From Giardia intestinalis (lineage: Eukaryota): a stretch of DNA of 64,000 nucleotides. A model generated the notes under the pieces. The model saw only the letters and a list, made by a program, of their open reading frames with translations. It was not told the origin of the DNA and ran no database searches. Position numbers and translations under genes: made by a program. Location: NCBI GenBank assembly GCA_000002435.2, contig CM018793.1, one strand, 5' to 3'. Below, in pieces: positions 38,680-47,851 of this stretch. Numbering within the stretch: the first letter of the stretch is position 1; each line of letters starts with the position of its first letter.

Positions 38680-39543
38680 TTACAGGCATCGACAGCATCC
38701 CTTCTTTGGACTTGGGGTTTTGCCCTTCTTGGACGCCTCTTCGTCCGAGTCTTCTGTACTATGCTCACTGTCTACCAACTTTTTCTCTTCTTTTTCCTCG
38801 CTACTGGGGGTACTCTCCTCTTCATCAGGGTTTCCTTTATTAGCGACGTCCTGATTGCCGGTGTCTCGTCCATTGGCATCCTCAACGTCTTTGAGAGCTT
38901 TCTGTTTTTCAGTCTCCTTCTTCACACAGTCGTTGCTCGTATCTAGAAGGGGGCGTTGCACAGGCTGCTCCTCGAAAACGAGACACACATCTTCAGAGGC
39001 AACAGATGGCACGCGAGAGACGTACCCTGGCGACAGCGTACAATCTCGTATCCCAATAACAAATTCCTCGGTCAGTTCACCGAGCCTCTCATTCAGCTCT
39101 TTCTTAGTAATGGCGTCTGAGTCGTGCTGCTCCTTGAGCCTCTTCACCCTGTTCTCAAACGATTTGTCTGGGTGAAGCATTAGAAGGATGAAGCAGGCAT
39201 CGTAGTAGTACAGCTTTAGCGCGATCTCTACTGGGTACTTGTTCGAAACGTCGGGTATCTTGTACTCACGCGCAGCAAGTATCTCCACAGACGCCAGCTT
39301 ATGTGCATAGATTGCGCGAATCAAGCCACTGCAGCCGGTCTCGGTTGTCGAGCCACCCAATAGATCAAGATTCTCCTCCAGATATTCGGTATTACCAGCT
39401 GTGGCAGCATCGAACCAGCCGTCCATCACTTCCTGGTCCTCCATAATTACGTTTGTAACGACTTTTTTGTACCCCTGTCTTGGATTCATGTGTCGTGCAT
39501 AATTATTTAAACAAGTGGAAACAGTACGGAAACACATGAACAT
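38680..39543 (-). CDS. hypothetical protein with ankyrin-like N-terminal region and acidic, Ser/Glu-rich C-terminus
   Basis: ATG at 39543 lies 9 nt from the divergent ATG at 39553. An alternative ATG at 39489 (MNPRQ..) has a better AT-rich leader. Acidic tail EEESTPSSEEKEEKK..DSDEEASKK. Confidence 0.55.
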   Translation of the reverse strand: MFMCFRTVSTCLNNYARHMNPRQGYKKVVTNVIMEDQEVMDGWFDAATAGNTEYLEENLDLLGGSTTETGCSGLIRAIYAHKLASVEILAAREYKIPDVSNKYPVEIALKLYYYDACFILLMLHPDKSFENRVKRLKEQHDSDAITKKELNERLGELTEEFVIGIRDCTLSPGYVSRVPSVASEDVCLVFEEQPVQRPLLDTSNDCVKKETEKQKALKDVEDANGRDTGNQDVANKGNPDEEESTPSSEEKEEKKLVDSEHSTEDSDEEASKKGKTPSPKKGCCRCL

Positions 39544-39552
39544 GAAAATACA

Positions 39553-41346
39553 ATGCTCACTCTGCAGCTCTTAGCGTTTCTGGAAATTTCAATGGGACGT
39601 GAGAAAGACCACATTTATTCATATGTATCTCCACAGAATTGCCCTGGACTAGATGTCACGGAGTTCACTAGTACATACGCAGACGGATTCTGTAAGATTT
39701 ACCTTCCAAAGGAGGCTTTTATGGGCGGTGATGTGCGTGTCACAATACGGTCTTTGGATTCTCCCAGCTCCGCGGACACTACTGAGCAGGTCCTTCATAA
39801 TGAGCTCACTCCAGCTATTTTCCCCGTGTACTCGTACAGTTCTTACACTTTTTCCCTTGCCGATGATAGCTGTCCAGCAAGTGCAGAGCAAACTTTGTTC
39901 TGCGTGCCTCCGGCGGAGCAAACTTCAGTGCTGTCTACGGAAGCGATCGCGATACTGTACGTGCTCTATGACCTAGAAATTAAGAGGGTTCTCCGTACAG
40001 ATTTACCAGTTCGTTCCACAAGAGGGTCGGGGCACTGTCTCGGTTTTTTCGATGGAATTTTCCCCGAGCACAACGTGCTATCTACGCTGCTTTCTCATGC
40101 CCTGTCTTCACAGTTTGGACGGCTTAACCTAGCGCTTATTCGGTTTCTTCAGCCAGGACCTGCCACTACTGGCTACTGGGCAAGAGCCCTGGGAGACATA
40201 GATGACTTTGATGTCGTCAGCAAGCTTTTCTCATCAACCTACACAGCGACCCTCCGAAAGCGGGAGGACGAGGATGGCGGCTTTCGCCTGGTTCTGGTTG
40301 TTGCGGACGAAGACGGGGACATCGTTGTTAGCATGGAATCCCAACCCTACCGGCCGCCTCATCTGGCTCCTCTAACCCGAGACGACGTACGCTACGAGAG
40401 TACTGGGACCCTAGGTACTGGAATGAACGTGTACTTGCGACGGAAGCCAGGCGTTGTCGTCCTCTTCAACTACTTCTCCCAGCCCGGTAGAGGATCTAGC
40501 CGCGGCCCATCGTGTTTGGATTACTTAGACATTCTCGGCCAACACTGCACATCCTACTCGTCCGGATATAACCTCTGTCCGGTCCAGTCAAAGCTTTCTA
40601 AGAACGATGTCCTAAACGCTATCGCCGAACAGCCAATTTATCTATCCACCGCCGAGGGGGAGGGCGATTGGACGAAACTATTTACTTTAGAAACTGGTGA
40701 CATGCTCAATGTTTGCGGATACTGGATGATAGACCAGCCCACTGTTGCCATTACGGAAGAGGGAGACGGGGCGATATATTTTTCAAACAAGAGCAGGCCA
40801 TCCCCGCTGACCTTCTTCCTCCTAGTCACAGCAGGGTGCTTTACTATATGCATGTGTGTAATCATGATGCTTCTATGCATAACGTCCTTTTGTGCTTGCC
40901 TGCGCTTGTATGCAGTGGATTTGCGTTGGTCTCCTCACAGAACCCCGGTGCCGGAGAGTCCGGGAGAGCTGAAGAAGCAGGTAGAACTGCAGAGAATTGG
41001 AGCTGAGACAGATACGTCGGTGGCGTGTGTATCTCCACTGCCCTCAAAAGCTATGTCTCCGCTCTTGCTACCACGGGGCGACGCGGCCAAAAAGCTTGCG
41101 TCTAAACAGAATCAATGTACTGGAGTCGCACTCGCTATTGCTGGCGCTACAACAAGTCTTGCAACAGGGTCTCCCCTCAGTGACCGAGAGCACAGCAGCG
41201 TCACGAGAGATACCATATATAGCAGCATAAGCGCAGGAAGCATGGCGAGCTCAATGGTGTGTGCACCGCCTACCGATTCCACGGCGGTACACTCAGAAGA
41301 CAAGCAAGATATGGACACTCCTGCAGTGTCAGGTTCGCTGGCATAA
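39553..41346 (+). CDS. type I membrane protein (signal peptide, single TM helix, Ser-rich cytoplasmic tail), hypothetical
   Basis: MLTLQLLAFLEISMG signal-like start. TM LTFFLLVTAGCFTICMCVIMMLLCITSF. Its stop TAA is immediately adjacent to the stop of the convergent gene. Confidence 0.65.
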   Translation: MLTLQLLAFLEISMGREKDHIYSYVSPQNCPGLDVTEFTSTYADGFCKIYLPKEAFMGGDVRVTIRSLDSPSSADTTEQVLHNELTPAIFPVYSYSSYTFSLADDSCPASAEQTLFCVPPAEQTSVLSTEAIAILYVLYDLEIKRVLRTDLPVRSTRGSGHCLGFFDGIFPEHNVLSTLLSHALSSQFGRLNLALIRFLQPGPATTGYWARALGDIDDFDVVSKLFSSTYTATLRKREDEDGGFRLVLVVADEDGDIVVSMESQPYRPPHLAPLTRDDVRYESTGTLGTGMNVYLRRKPGVVVLFNYFSQPGRGSSRGPSCLDYLDILGQHCTSYSSGYNLCPVQSKLSKNDVLNAIAEQPIYLSTAEGEGDWTKLFTLETGDMLNVCGYWMIDQPTVAITEEGDGAIYFSNKSRPSPLTFFLLVTAGCFTICMCVIMMLLCITSFCACLRLYAVDLRWSPHRTPVPESPGELKKQVELQRIGAETDTSVACVSPLPSKAMSPLLLPRGDAAKKLASKQNQCTGVALAIAGATTSLATGSPLSDREHSSVTRDTIYSSISAGSMASSMVCAPPTDSTAVHSEDKQDMDTPAVSGSLA

Positions 41347-42279
41347 TCAATTTGAATCAAGGTAGTTCCTTATCTCTTCCTCTGGAACAACATGTACGCG
41401 CCCAAAGTGAACACCTGGCTCCATTGATCTGGCACCCCAGACGCTGATCATGCGAAATTCGGCGCTATCGTCTGCTGATGGCCCATGCTTATATAATTGT
41501 AAGGCACTTATAACTGTTGGAAAGATGTCACACTCGTGGACATACTTTGTGGGGTCTATTTGGTCCACCACTGCTTGCCTGTCTTTAGAAGGAAGCAGTG
41601 GGGGCATGTCGTATCCATATAATACCATGGCCTTCGGATGGAGCTGCTGCAATATTTCCATCGGTGTGCCATCAATCTGTTCATCGTCCGTCTCATCTTC
41701 GTGGTCATTGTTGATCTTTGCCCGTTCAAGTTCTCCTGAAGCAAGCTGCACCTGTTCTTGTTCAACTGGATACGAGCGCAGGTCGAAGGCTGGGAGTGAA
41801 CTACAGATCTTCAGATATGGTATGCCGTCTTGTTCCGTTGCTGAAGAAGTAGTCGCGGAACTAGATTCGGGAGCAGCAGAGACTGATAGCGATGCTCCTT
41901 TCAATGCACCAAGCAGGTCTGCAGATGCATTACCTACATCTTCCAGAAGAGATTGCTGCGGAGCTATGTGGGTTTGGGTTTGGGTTTGGCTGTTGACTTT
42001 TTCTTTCCAACAGTATGGAATGTTCACCGTCAAGGCGAGACCGGTGTCAACACAATGGACGCTATTGCATATGAATGTATAGGTCACCCTGTGTATGGTT
42101 ACCGTGGAGCCTGGAGAGATATGCTGTAGAAGCAGGACAAGGGGCTTGCGGCAATACTGACAGAGAAGATCGGGGGGATTGAACTGTAGAGGGAAACACG
42201 CACAGCCGCCAAGCTGACTATACATAATTGAAAGCTCGGAGGAGGCCAAGCGCCCGTTTAACACTGCAATTTTGTACAT
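41347..42279 (-). CDS. PDCD2/Tsr4-like protein
   Basis: The N-terminus (QLGGCACFPLQFNPPDLLCQYCRKPLVLLLQ) resembles the PDCD2 N-terminal region (GG.P.WL...C..CG.PL.FLLQ). C-terminal region similar to PDCD2_C. ATG with an AT-rich leader. Confidence 0.5.
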   Translation of the reverse strand: MYKIAVLNGRLASSELSIMYSQLGGCACFPLQFNPPDLLCQYCRKPLVLLLQHISPGSTVTIHRVTYTFICNSVHCVDTGLALTVNIPYCWKEKVNSQTQTQTHIAPQQSLLEDVGNASADLLGALKGASLSVSAAPESSSATTSSATEQDGIPYLKICSSLPAFDLRSYPVEQEQVQLASGELERAKINNDHEDETDDEQIDGTPMEILQQLHPKAMVLYGYDMPPLLPSKDRQAVVDQIDPTKYVHECDIFPTVISALQLYKHGPSADDSAEFRMISVWGARSMEPGVHFGRVHVVPEEEIRNYLDSN

Positions 42280-42319
42280 TGACTATCGAAAAATATTCAA
42301 AAAACAAATTTCCGAGATT
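42280..42319. promoter_or_regulatory. AT-rich bidirectional promoter between the PDCD2-like and NEK genes
   Basis: 40-nt spacer tgactatcgaaaaatattcaaaaaacaaatttccgagatt between divergent ATGs. Confidence 0.5.
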
Positions 42320-45300
42320 ATGGCTACATCCTTGGTTTTGGAGAAGTACAGATTCGGTGAATGCATCAGTAATGGTTTCAACGGAAAGGTTCACAAAGTT
42401 TTTGATAAGACCGACGACACTCTTTACGCCTGTCGAAGCGTTAGCTATGAAAACATCTCAAGTAAGCTTATCAAACAGGCCCGAAAGGAATGGCCTCTCC
42501 TCAAGAAGGTGGAGCATGCTTCTGTGGCCCAGATCATCGAGGTGATAGATGACGAGGCCGCGAAGACCGTTCATTACATAATGGAATATTATCCTCATGG
42601 AGATTTAGGTGCATACATACGGAAGCGGGCGCAGGAGCAGGACCATGTCCCTGAACAACTGGTCTGGCTCATCATGACTCAACTCATAGAGGGGCTTGCA
42701 TACCTTCATAACCCCCACAAAAGAAACGCTCAAGGGATTGGTGCGATCGTTCACAGGCATCTGTCCCCCTCTAATGTGCTTATTTCTGAAGACAACGAAG
42801 TTCGCATATCGGATTTTAAGGTCATTCGCGACGAAAGTGACTCTTCGTATATCGCTGATGAAAACTATATGAAGCGGCAGTCATACAGGTCCCCGGAGAC
42901 CCTAGCCAATGAACCTGAAAATGAAACAGGCGACATCTGGTCCCTAGGGTGCATCATCTACGAGCTCTGTACGTTTCAGGCCCCGTTCGTGGCGACAGAC
43001 GTTTCATCAATGCTTATGCTTCAGCAGATGGACCACACGGACGATATTAGTAAGCTGCCTGCTATCTACAGCGACGACTTGCGCAGCGTGCTGGGATCTA
43101 TGCTGGTTGCGAACAAGAAGCGACGTAATTCAGTGGTCGGCCTCAAAGCCAACAAGACCATTCGGGAATACAATTTGGAAGTCCACAAGCTTTACGAGCG
43201 ACGGTACGTGCGCGAACGGGAGCGAGAAAGGACACAACGGGGCCTGGCCCCGCCAGAGATAATTGACTATCAGCGGACGCCACTAATGCTTGCCGCGGAG
43301 GAAGGTGATATAAAGCAAGTTAAGCGGCGCCTTAAGAAAGATGTAGGCATGCAAGATTTGGTTGGGAAGACTGCGCTGATGTACGCTGCACAAGCCGGTA
43401 AGGATGGAGTGTGTCGCATCCTTTTGGATATGGAGGCTAGAATGGTCTGCAAGAAAGGCAAGACGGCGCTTATCTACGCAACTGAAGCCGGTGCCAATGC
43501 ATGCATAGAGCTTTTGGTGAAGTATGAAGCAAAGATGCAGTCTAATGATCAACGCACCGCGCTTATGTTCGCCATACTCAAGAAGAATGCTCATGCTGTT
43601 CAAGTACTTGCTCCCTATGAGCACTCCATCTGCAATTCGGATAATGTAACGCCGACAATGCTGGCATGCTGCGAAGGAAACCCTTTTGCAGTAAATGTTC
43701 TGAGTGCCTACGAGGCCGGAATGCAGGACATAAAGGGGTGGACAGCTCTACACTATGCAGCTGCTCAGAACTCCGTCCTGTGCATGAACTATCTGCTGGA
43801 CAAAGAGATCAAGAAGCTCACCCTCTCTGGACTGACCCCATTGATGATCGCAGCGCACTCCGGTCATGCAAAGGCCATTAAGCGCCTGCTTCCTTACAAT
43901 AAGCGGGTCTGGGATCACGAAAACCGAACAGCACTTATGTATGCTGTAAGGCAAGGCCATCTTGAGGCAACGATGCTTCTTTTAGACGAGGAGGCGAACT
44001 TCCAGGACAAGCAGCACAAGACCGCGCTGATGATGGCCGTGGAGCGTAACCATAAGCACATAGTGGAATATATGGTTAAGTCCTCCAAAGTGGAGTGGGG
44101 CCTCCGGAATACCCAAGGCTATACGGCACTACACATGGCCGTGTTATACAACTATTCAGAGTGTGCAGCTCTGCTTCTGCCCAGAGAGGCCCGAATACCA
44201 ATACTCCTAGATCCACATGGCCCCGAGTATGGAGAAACGGCCTTTGAATTAGCGTTTAATAGAGAAAACTACCAGATGGCCATGCTGTTGGCTCCGATTG
44301 AGGGCCCACGAGCCACAAACGAAATCGATCAGGAACGTCGCACTGACCTAATCAGAGCAGCAGAAAGAGGCGACGCCATGTCAGTCATCTGTTTTGCTAG
44401 CCAAGCTGGGTGCATAGACATCTACAACAAAACTGCATTGATGTATGCCGCAGAAAGCAACAACCAGACCATCGTGAAAGCACTTATTCCATATGAGGCG
44501 AATATCGAGGCGAATGGTCTCAAGGCCCTGACATATGCTCTCTTGAATAACAACATAGAAGTTGCAGAGCTGCTTGCGCCCAGTGAGAGCATAGATATCT
44601 CCAAGTACTCACGCCTTGATAACCGTGAGACAGAGCTGATGAAGGCAGTGGCAGAGGGTGACATACTCCGGACATGGTGCTTGCGCTTCCAAGCTGGGCT
44701 CCACAATACGGACGGCACCACTGCCCTAATGATTGCTGCTACTACCGGCAATCTATATGCGACGCGTCTTTTGGTGGCCCATGAGGCTGGGATGCGGCGC
44801 AATGACCATCAGCGGGCGTACACACTCGCAATGCTGGCAGGTAACCATGGAATAGCAAAGATTTTGTCAGACTATGAAGACACAGACCTCAATGTGCAAA
44901 ACAACACTCCACTCATGTTGGCCGCTGTTGAGAACCGGATTTTGGACATCAAAGCCAATATTAGATACCTCGGGTCACGAAACGCTGATAATAAAACTGC
45001 GCTGATGTTCGCTGCAGAGCGGGGACACCTGGATGCCGTGAAGCTCCTCTTGGACGAGGCCAAGACAAAGATGATAACAATGGACTGGCGCAATGGATAC
45101 ACAGCTCTGATGTTAGCAGCTAAATATAACAAGGTGTCTGTCTGCGAGTGCCTGCTGAGCAGAGAACGTGGGATGAGGAATAAAGCAGACTGGACGGCGC
45201 TAATGATTGCTGCTCAGGCAAACTCTATCGATGCTGCCCGTGTGCTTTTTACAGAAGAGGCAGGTATGCTTCTATTGTCTGGTGAGACGACCACTTGCAA

Positions 45301-45931
45301 AACTGCGATGATGATAGCTGCCGAGTACGGGCGACACGAGGTGGTGCAACTACTACTGCCCTATGAGGGCGGTAAGCAGACCAGCGAAGGGCGCTCAGCA
45401 CTCATGTTTGCTGCCGCGAATGGTCATGTGGAGGCCGTGAATATTCTGGCCAAGGTGGAGAGCCGCCTTCAGCTATCCTCCAGATCTTCGGCACCGGGAT
45501 CAACAGCTATCCATATTGCCGCTGAGTTTGGGCAACTGGACTGCGTGAAGGCTCTGATACCTCACTGCCTTGCCATTAAGCGCAACGATGGCTTTACGTC
45601 GCTGATGCTTGCAGCCGGTCGGAACCATCTGGAGATTGTCAAGCTCTTGGCAGAGCGTCAGATAAGACTCCAAGCTAACAATGGACTGTCGGCCCTGATG
45701 ATTGCGGCAAGCAGAGGATACTCGGACATTGTAAAGATCCTAATGGACGACGAGGCTGGCCTGACCAATGCAGATGGATACACAGCGCTGATGCTGGCTG
45801 CACAAGCAGGTCACGCAGATGTCTGCAGTTTACTTCGTCCACGGGAAGAAGCTATTACTCATCGCAGCGGAGCATCCCTGTTGGATATGGCGCAAGGAGA
45901 AGCAAGGGACTTGTTCATCAGTACTATCTAA
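42320..45931 (+). CDS. NEK-family pseudokinase fused to a long ankyrin-repeat array (Giardia NEK/protein 21.1 type)
   Basis: The track start is TTG; the first ATG is at 42320. Kinase-like domain with degenerate catalytic motifs (GFNGKV; YACRSV lacking the beta3 Lys; HRHLSPSN instead of HRDLKPxN; DFK instead of DFG). Then more than 20 ANK repeats (TALMYAA..G..xxVxxLL pattern) from about 43250 to the end. Confidence 0.85.
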   Translation: MATSLVLEKYRFGECISNGFNGKVHKVFDKTDDTLYACRSVSYENISSKLIKQARKEWPLLKKVEHASVAQIIEVIDDEAAKTVHYIMEYYPHGDLGAYIRKRAQEQDHVPEQLVWLIMTQLIEGLAYLHNPHKRNAQGIGAIVHRHLSPSNVLISEDNEVRISDFKVIRDESDSSYIADENYMKRQSYRSPETLANEPENETGDIWSLGCIIYELCTFQAPFVATDVSSMLMLQQMDHTDDISKLPAIYSDDLRSVLGSMLVANKKRRNSVVGLKANKTIREYNLEVHKLYERRYVRERERERTQRGLAPPEIIDYQRTPLMLAAEEGDIKQVKRRLKKDVGMQDLVGKTALMYAAQAGKDGVCRILLDMEARMVCKKGKTALIYATEAGANACIELLVKYEAKMQSNDQRTALMFAILKKNAHAVQVLAPYEHSICNSDNVTPTMLACCEGNPFAVNVLSAYEAGMQDIKGWTALHYAAAQNSVLCMNYLLDKEIKKLTLSGLTPLMIAAHSGHAKAIKRLLPYNKRVWDHENRTALMYAVRQGHLEATMLLLDEEANFQDKQHKTALMMAVERNHKHIVEYMVKSSKVEWGLRNTQGYTALHMAVLYNYSECAALLLPREARIPILLDPHGPEYGETAFELAFNRENYQMAMLLAPIEGPRATNEIDQERRTDLIRAAERGDAMSVICFASQAGCIDIYNKTALMYAAESNNQTIVKALIPYEANIEANGLKALTYALLNNNIEVAELLAPSESIDISKYSRLDNRETELMKAVAEGDILRTWCLRFQAGLHNTDGTTALMIAATTGNLYATRLLVAHEAGMRRNDHQRAYTLAMLAGNHGIAKILSDYEDTDLNVQNNTPLMLAAVENRILDIKANIRYLGSRNADNKTALMFAAERGHLDAVKLLLDEAKTKMITMDWRNGYTALMLAAKYNKVSVCECLLSRERGMRNKADWTALMIAAQANSIDAARVLFTEEAGMLLLSGETTTCKTAMMIAAEYGRHEVVQLLLPYEGGKQTSEGRSALMFAAANGHVEAVNILAKVESRLQLSSRSSAPGSTAIHIAAEFGQLDCVKALIPHCLAIKRNDGFTSLMLAAGRNHLEIVKLLAERQIRLQANNGLSALMIAASRGYSDIVKILMDDEAGLTNADGYTALMLAAQAGHADVCSLLRPREEAITHRSGASLLDMAQGEARDLFISTI

Positions 45932-45954
45932 AGTATTCTCATACATGTTGGCCC

Positions 45955-47766
45955 TCATAGGTCTTGAATGGTGTTTATGTTTGCATGCGTAGAGTCAAAC
46001 CCAAACAGCTCAAAGGTGTCAACATCGTTTTCTGCTAGTAGGCCTTGGACACTTTTAGAGATGGCCCGCATGAGGACGTTTCTTTTCTGTTCATTCTCCA
46101 CAGTTACAACACACTGAGCAGTCGCAGACATGAATGACAAAAACCGGTCCACATGCTGAATCGACTGTGTATACCCGCAGTGGTGTTTGTTTATGGAGCT
46201 TTTGCTATGCTGATTAGGATGGGCCCCTGTTCCTGGTGTTTGAACAAGTGTATCTGGCCTAGACAATTTAAAGTTATTATCGTGCGCTGTGTCTGGGGGC
46301 CCTGTCCTGTTAGGCCGGGCTTCTTCGACTTGCTGCATCTTTTTACTAGTGGTACGGGAATTGCGTTTTGTTTCTGTCGATTTTGGTCGCTTTCGGGGGA
46401 GATTGACCCCTATTAGTTCTGAGGTGTGCAAGTCCCTATCTCTACTTCTATTTGCCCCGTCTCCAGACGTCCGCTTATTATATTCTCCTGCAGACTCTGG
46501 TCTCTTGGGGCGGTTATTAGTCATGCGGAATACTGCCGCTTCCATTGCGTTGCCGTCGGGGACAATCGTCTCTAGGGCTACTTGAGGAACGATAGGTTCA
46601 TGGGCAGGATGCCTCTGTGGGTATCGGCTGTACTCGTATGCAGTTTCTGTTCCAGAATTGTTCCGCGTGCTGGCCAACGATTCCCGGGGTTGGGGCGTGA
46701 CATTTTCTGAAGCCCTCTCCATTGTATCTCGTAAAGAGTACATGTAAATTCGCACATTGTCGAAGGTATCAAAACGCTTGATCTGCCCAGACGTGTGATG
46801 TATCGTCACAGGCTTGAGGCTCAGCGAATTGATGCGGTCGCAGATAGCGGGAAAGTCATAGGCAGAAGGGACTACGTTAAAGGAGAAGTGATAGTATGGA
46901 TTGCGAAGAGCCAGGCTACTGCTGTATAGCTCAGAAAGCGCGTGTTCTTTTCCAACCTCCCCTTGCTTTGACAGCTGATAGGATTCCAGCTGAAGCTTAC
47001 GTTTTCGATAGAGCTCTACAAGTTCCTTTCCAGTTACTTCATTTATGTATGCATTATTGGCGCTGTCATAGATGTCAAGAGCAGCAGCAAGGACCTGCTT
47101 CCGTACTGACTGATGCTTTGTTGAGTAGATGTATGACTCTGTTATGGCAAGCTTGTTTCTGCTTGTGCTACTGGCCCATGCGTTTCCAAATATGCATGAT
47201 GACGCAGAAATACCGTCCTGAGAAGGGATTAGTGCGTATGTGGCCTTCTGCACTGGAGCCGGAATCTCTCGCTCAATGTATATCGGCCTATACTCTGCTG
47301 CAAGTCCAGGCCAGAGCACGGCTAGTAGACCAGTGGAGATCCGTGTGTCTGTTTTGAAAACCTCAACAAACTGGGTCTGCACATAGTGCGTCCTACGCTG
47401 CAGATCAACGTTACAGGGGGATCTGTCCAGTGTAACCTTGGTCTGCTCAGGCCCCTTAACGAGAAATGAGAAGCTCCAGCGCCCCTGATTATGCTTACAA
47501 CGGAAGAAAAGATTCTTCTTCGTTGCAGCGGAATGCAAGAAGCGGACAAGCTGTGAAGGAATCCAGATCGAAAAGCAAGCGAGTCCGAGAAGCATGCTAG
47601 CGATTTCGCCTACTGCGGAGGCTTCGTCATGCCCTCTAGTAATGCCCTCCACGGGGTCTTTGTCTGGTGCTAAGACGGCTGCCAAGGCACTAATAGCGTC
47701 GTGTATTTGCCTCCGCTGAGTTCTATCTAGAAGATCGGTCATCGAAGTGACCAGGTTTGTTGTCAT
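45955..47766 (-). CDS. hypothetical protein
   Basis: The track start is TTG (47817); the first ATG is at 47766 (MTTNLVTSMTDLL..). About 600-aa ORF with no confident domain. Confidence 0.55.
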   Translation of the reverse strand: MTTNLVTSMTDLLDRTQRRQIHDAISALAAVLAPDKDPVEGITRGHDEASAVGEIASMLLGLACFSIWIPSQLVRFLHSAATKKNLFFRCKHNQGRWSFSFLVKGPEQTKVTLDRSPCNVDLQRRTHYVQTQFVEVFKTDTRISTGLLAVLWPGLAAEYRPIYIEREIPAPVQKATYALIPSQDGISASSCIFGNAWASSTSRNKLAITESYIYSTKHQSVRKQVLAAALDIYDSANNAYINEVTGKELVELYRKRKLQLESYQLSKQGEVGKEHALSELYSSSLALRNPYYHFSFNVVPSAYDFPAICDRINSLSLKPVTIHHTSGQIKRFDTFDNVRIYMYSLRDTMERASENVTPQPRESLASTRNNSGTETAYEYSRYPQRHPAHEPIVPQVALETIVPDGNAMEAAVFRMTNNRPKRPESAGEYNKRTSGDGANRSRDRDLHTSELIGVNLPRKRPKSTETKRNSRTTSKKMQQVEEARPNRTGPPDTAHDNNFKLSRPDTLVQTPGTGAHPNQHSKSSINKHHCGYTQSIQHVDRFLSFMSATAQCVVTVENEQKRNVLMRAISKSVQGLLAENDVDTFELFGFDSTHANINTIQDL

Positions 47767-47851
47767 TAGCCCAGTAAATCCTATTTTTGCCCGTCCATCT
47801 CCTTCCTTATGAGCCAAAGACTGGTTGCCCTAGCACCAGTAATTTACATAG

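Noticed and set aside
41969-41989. (TGGGTT)3 microsatellite
   Set aside because: It lies inside the PDCD2-like coding sequence (it encodes a QTQTQT stretch). It is not the Giardia telomeric TAGGG repeat and is too short to be a meaningful repeat element.
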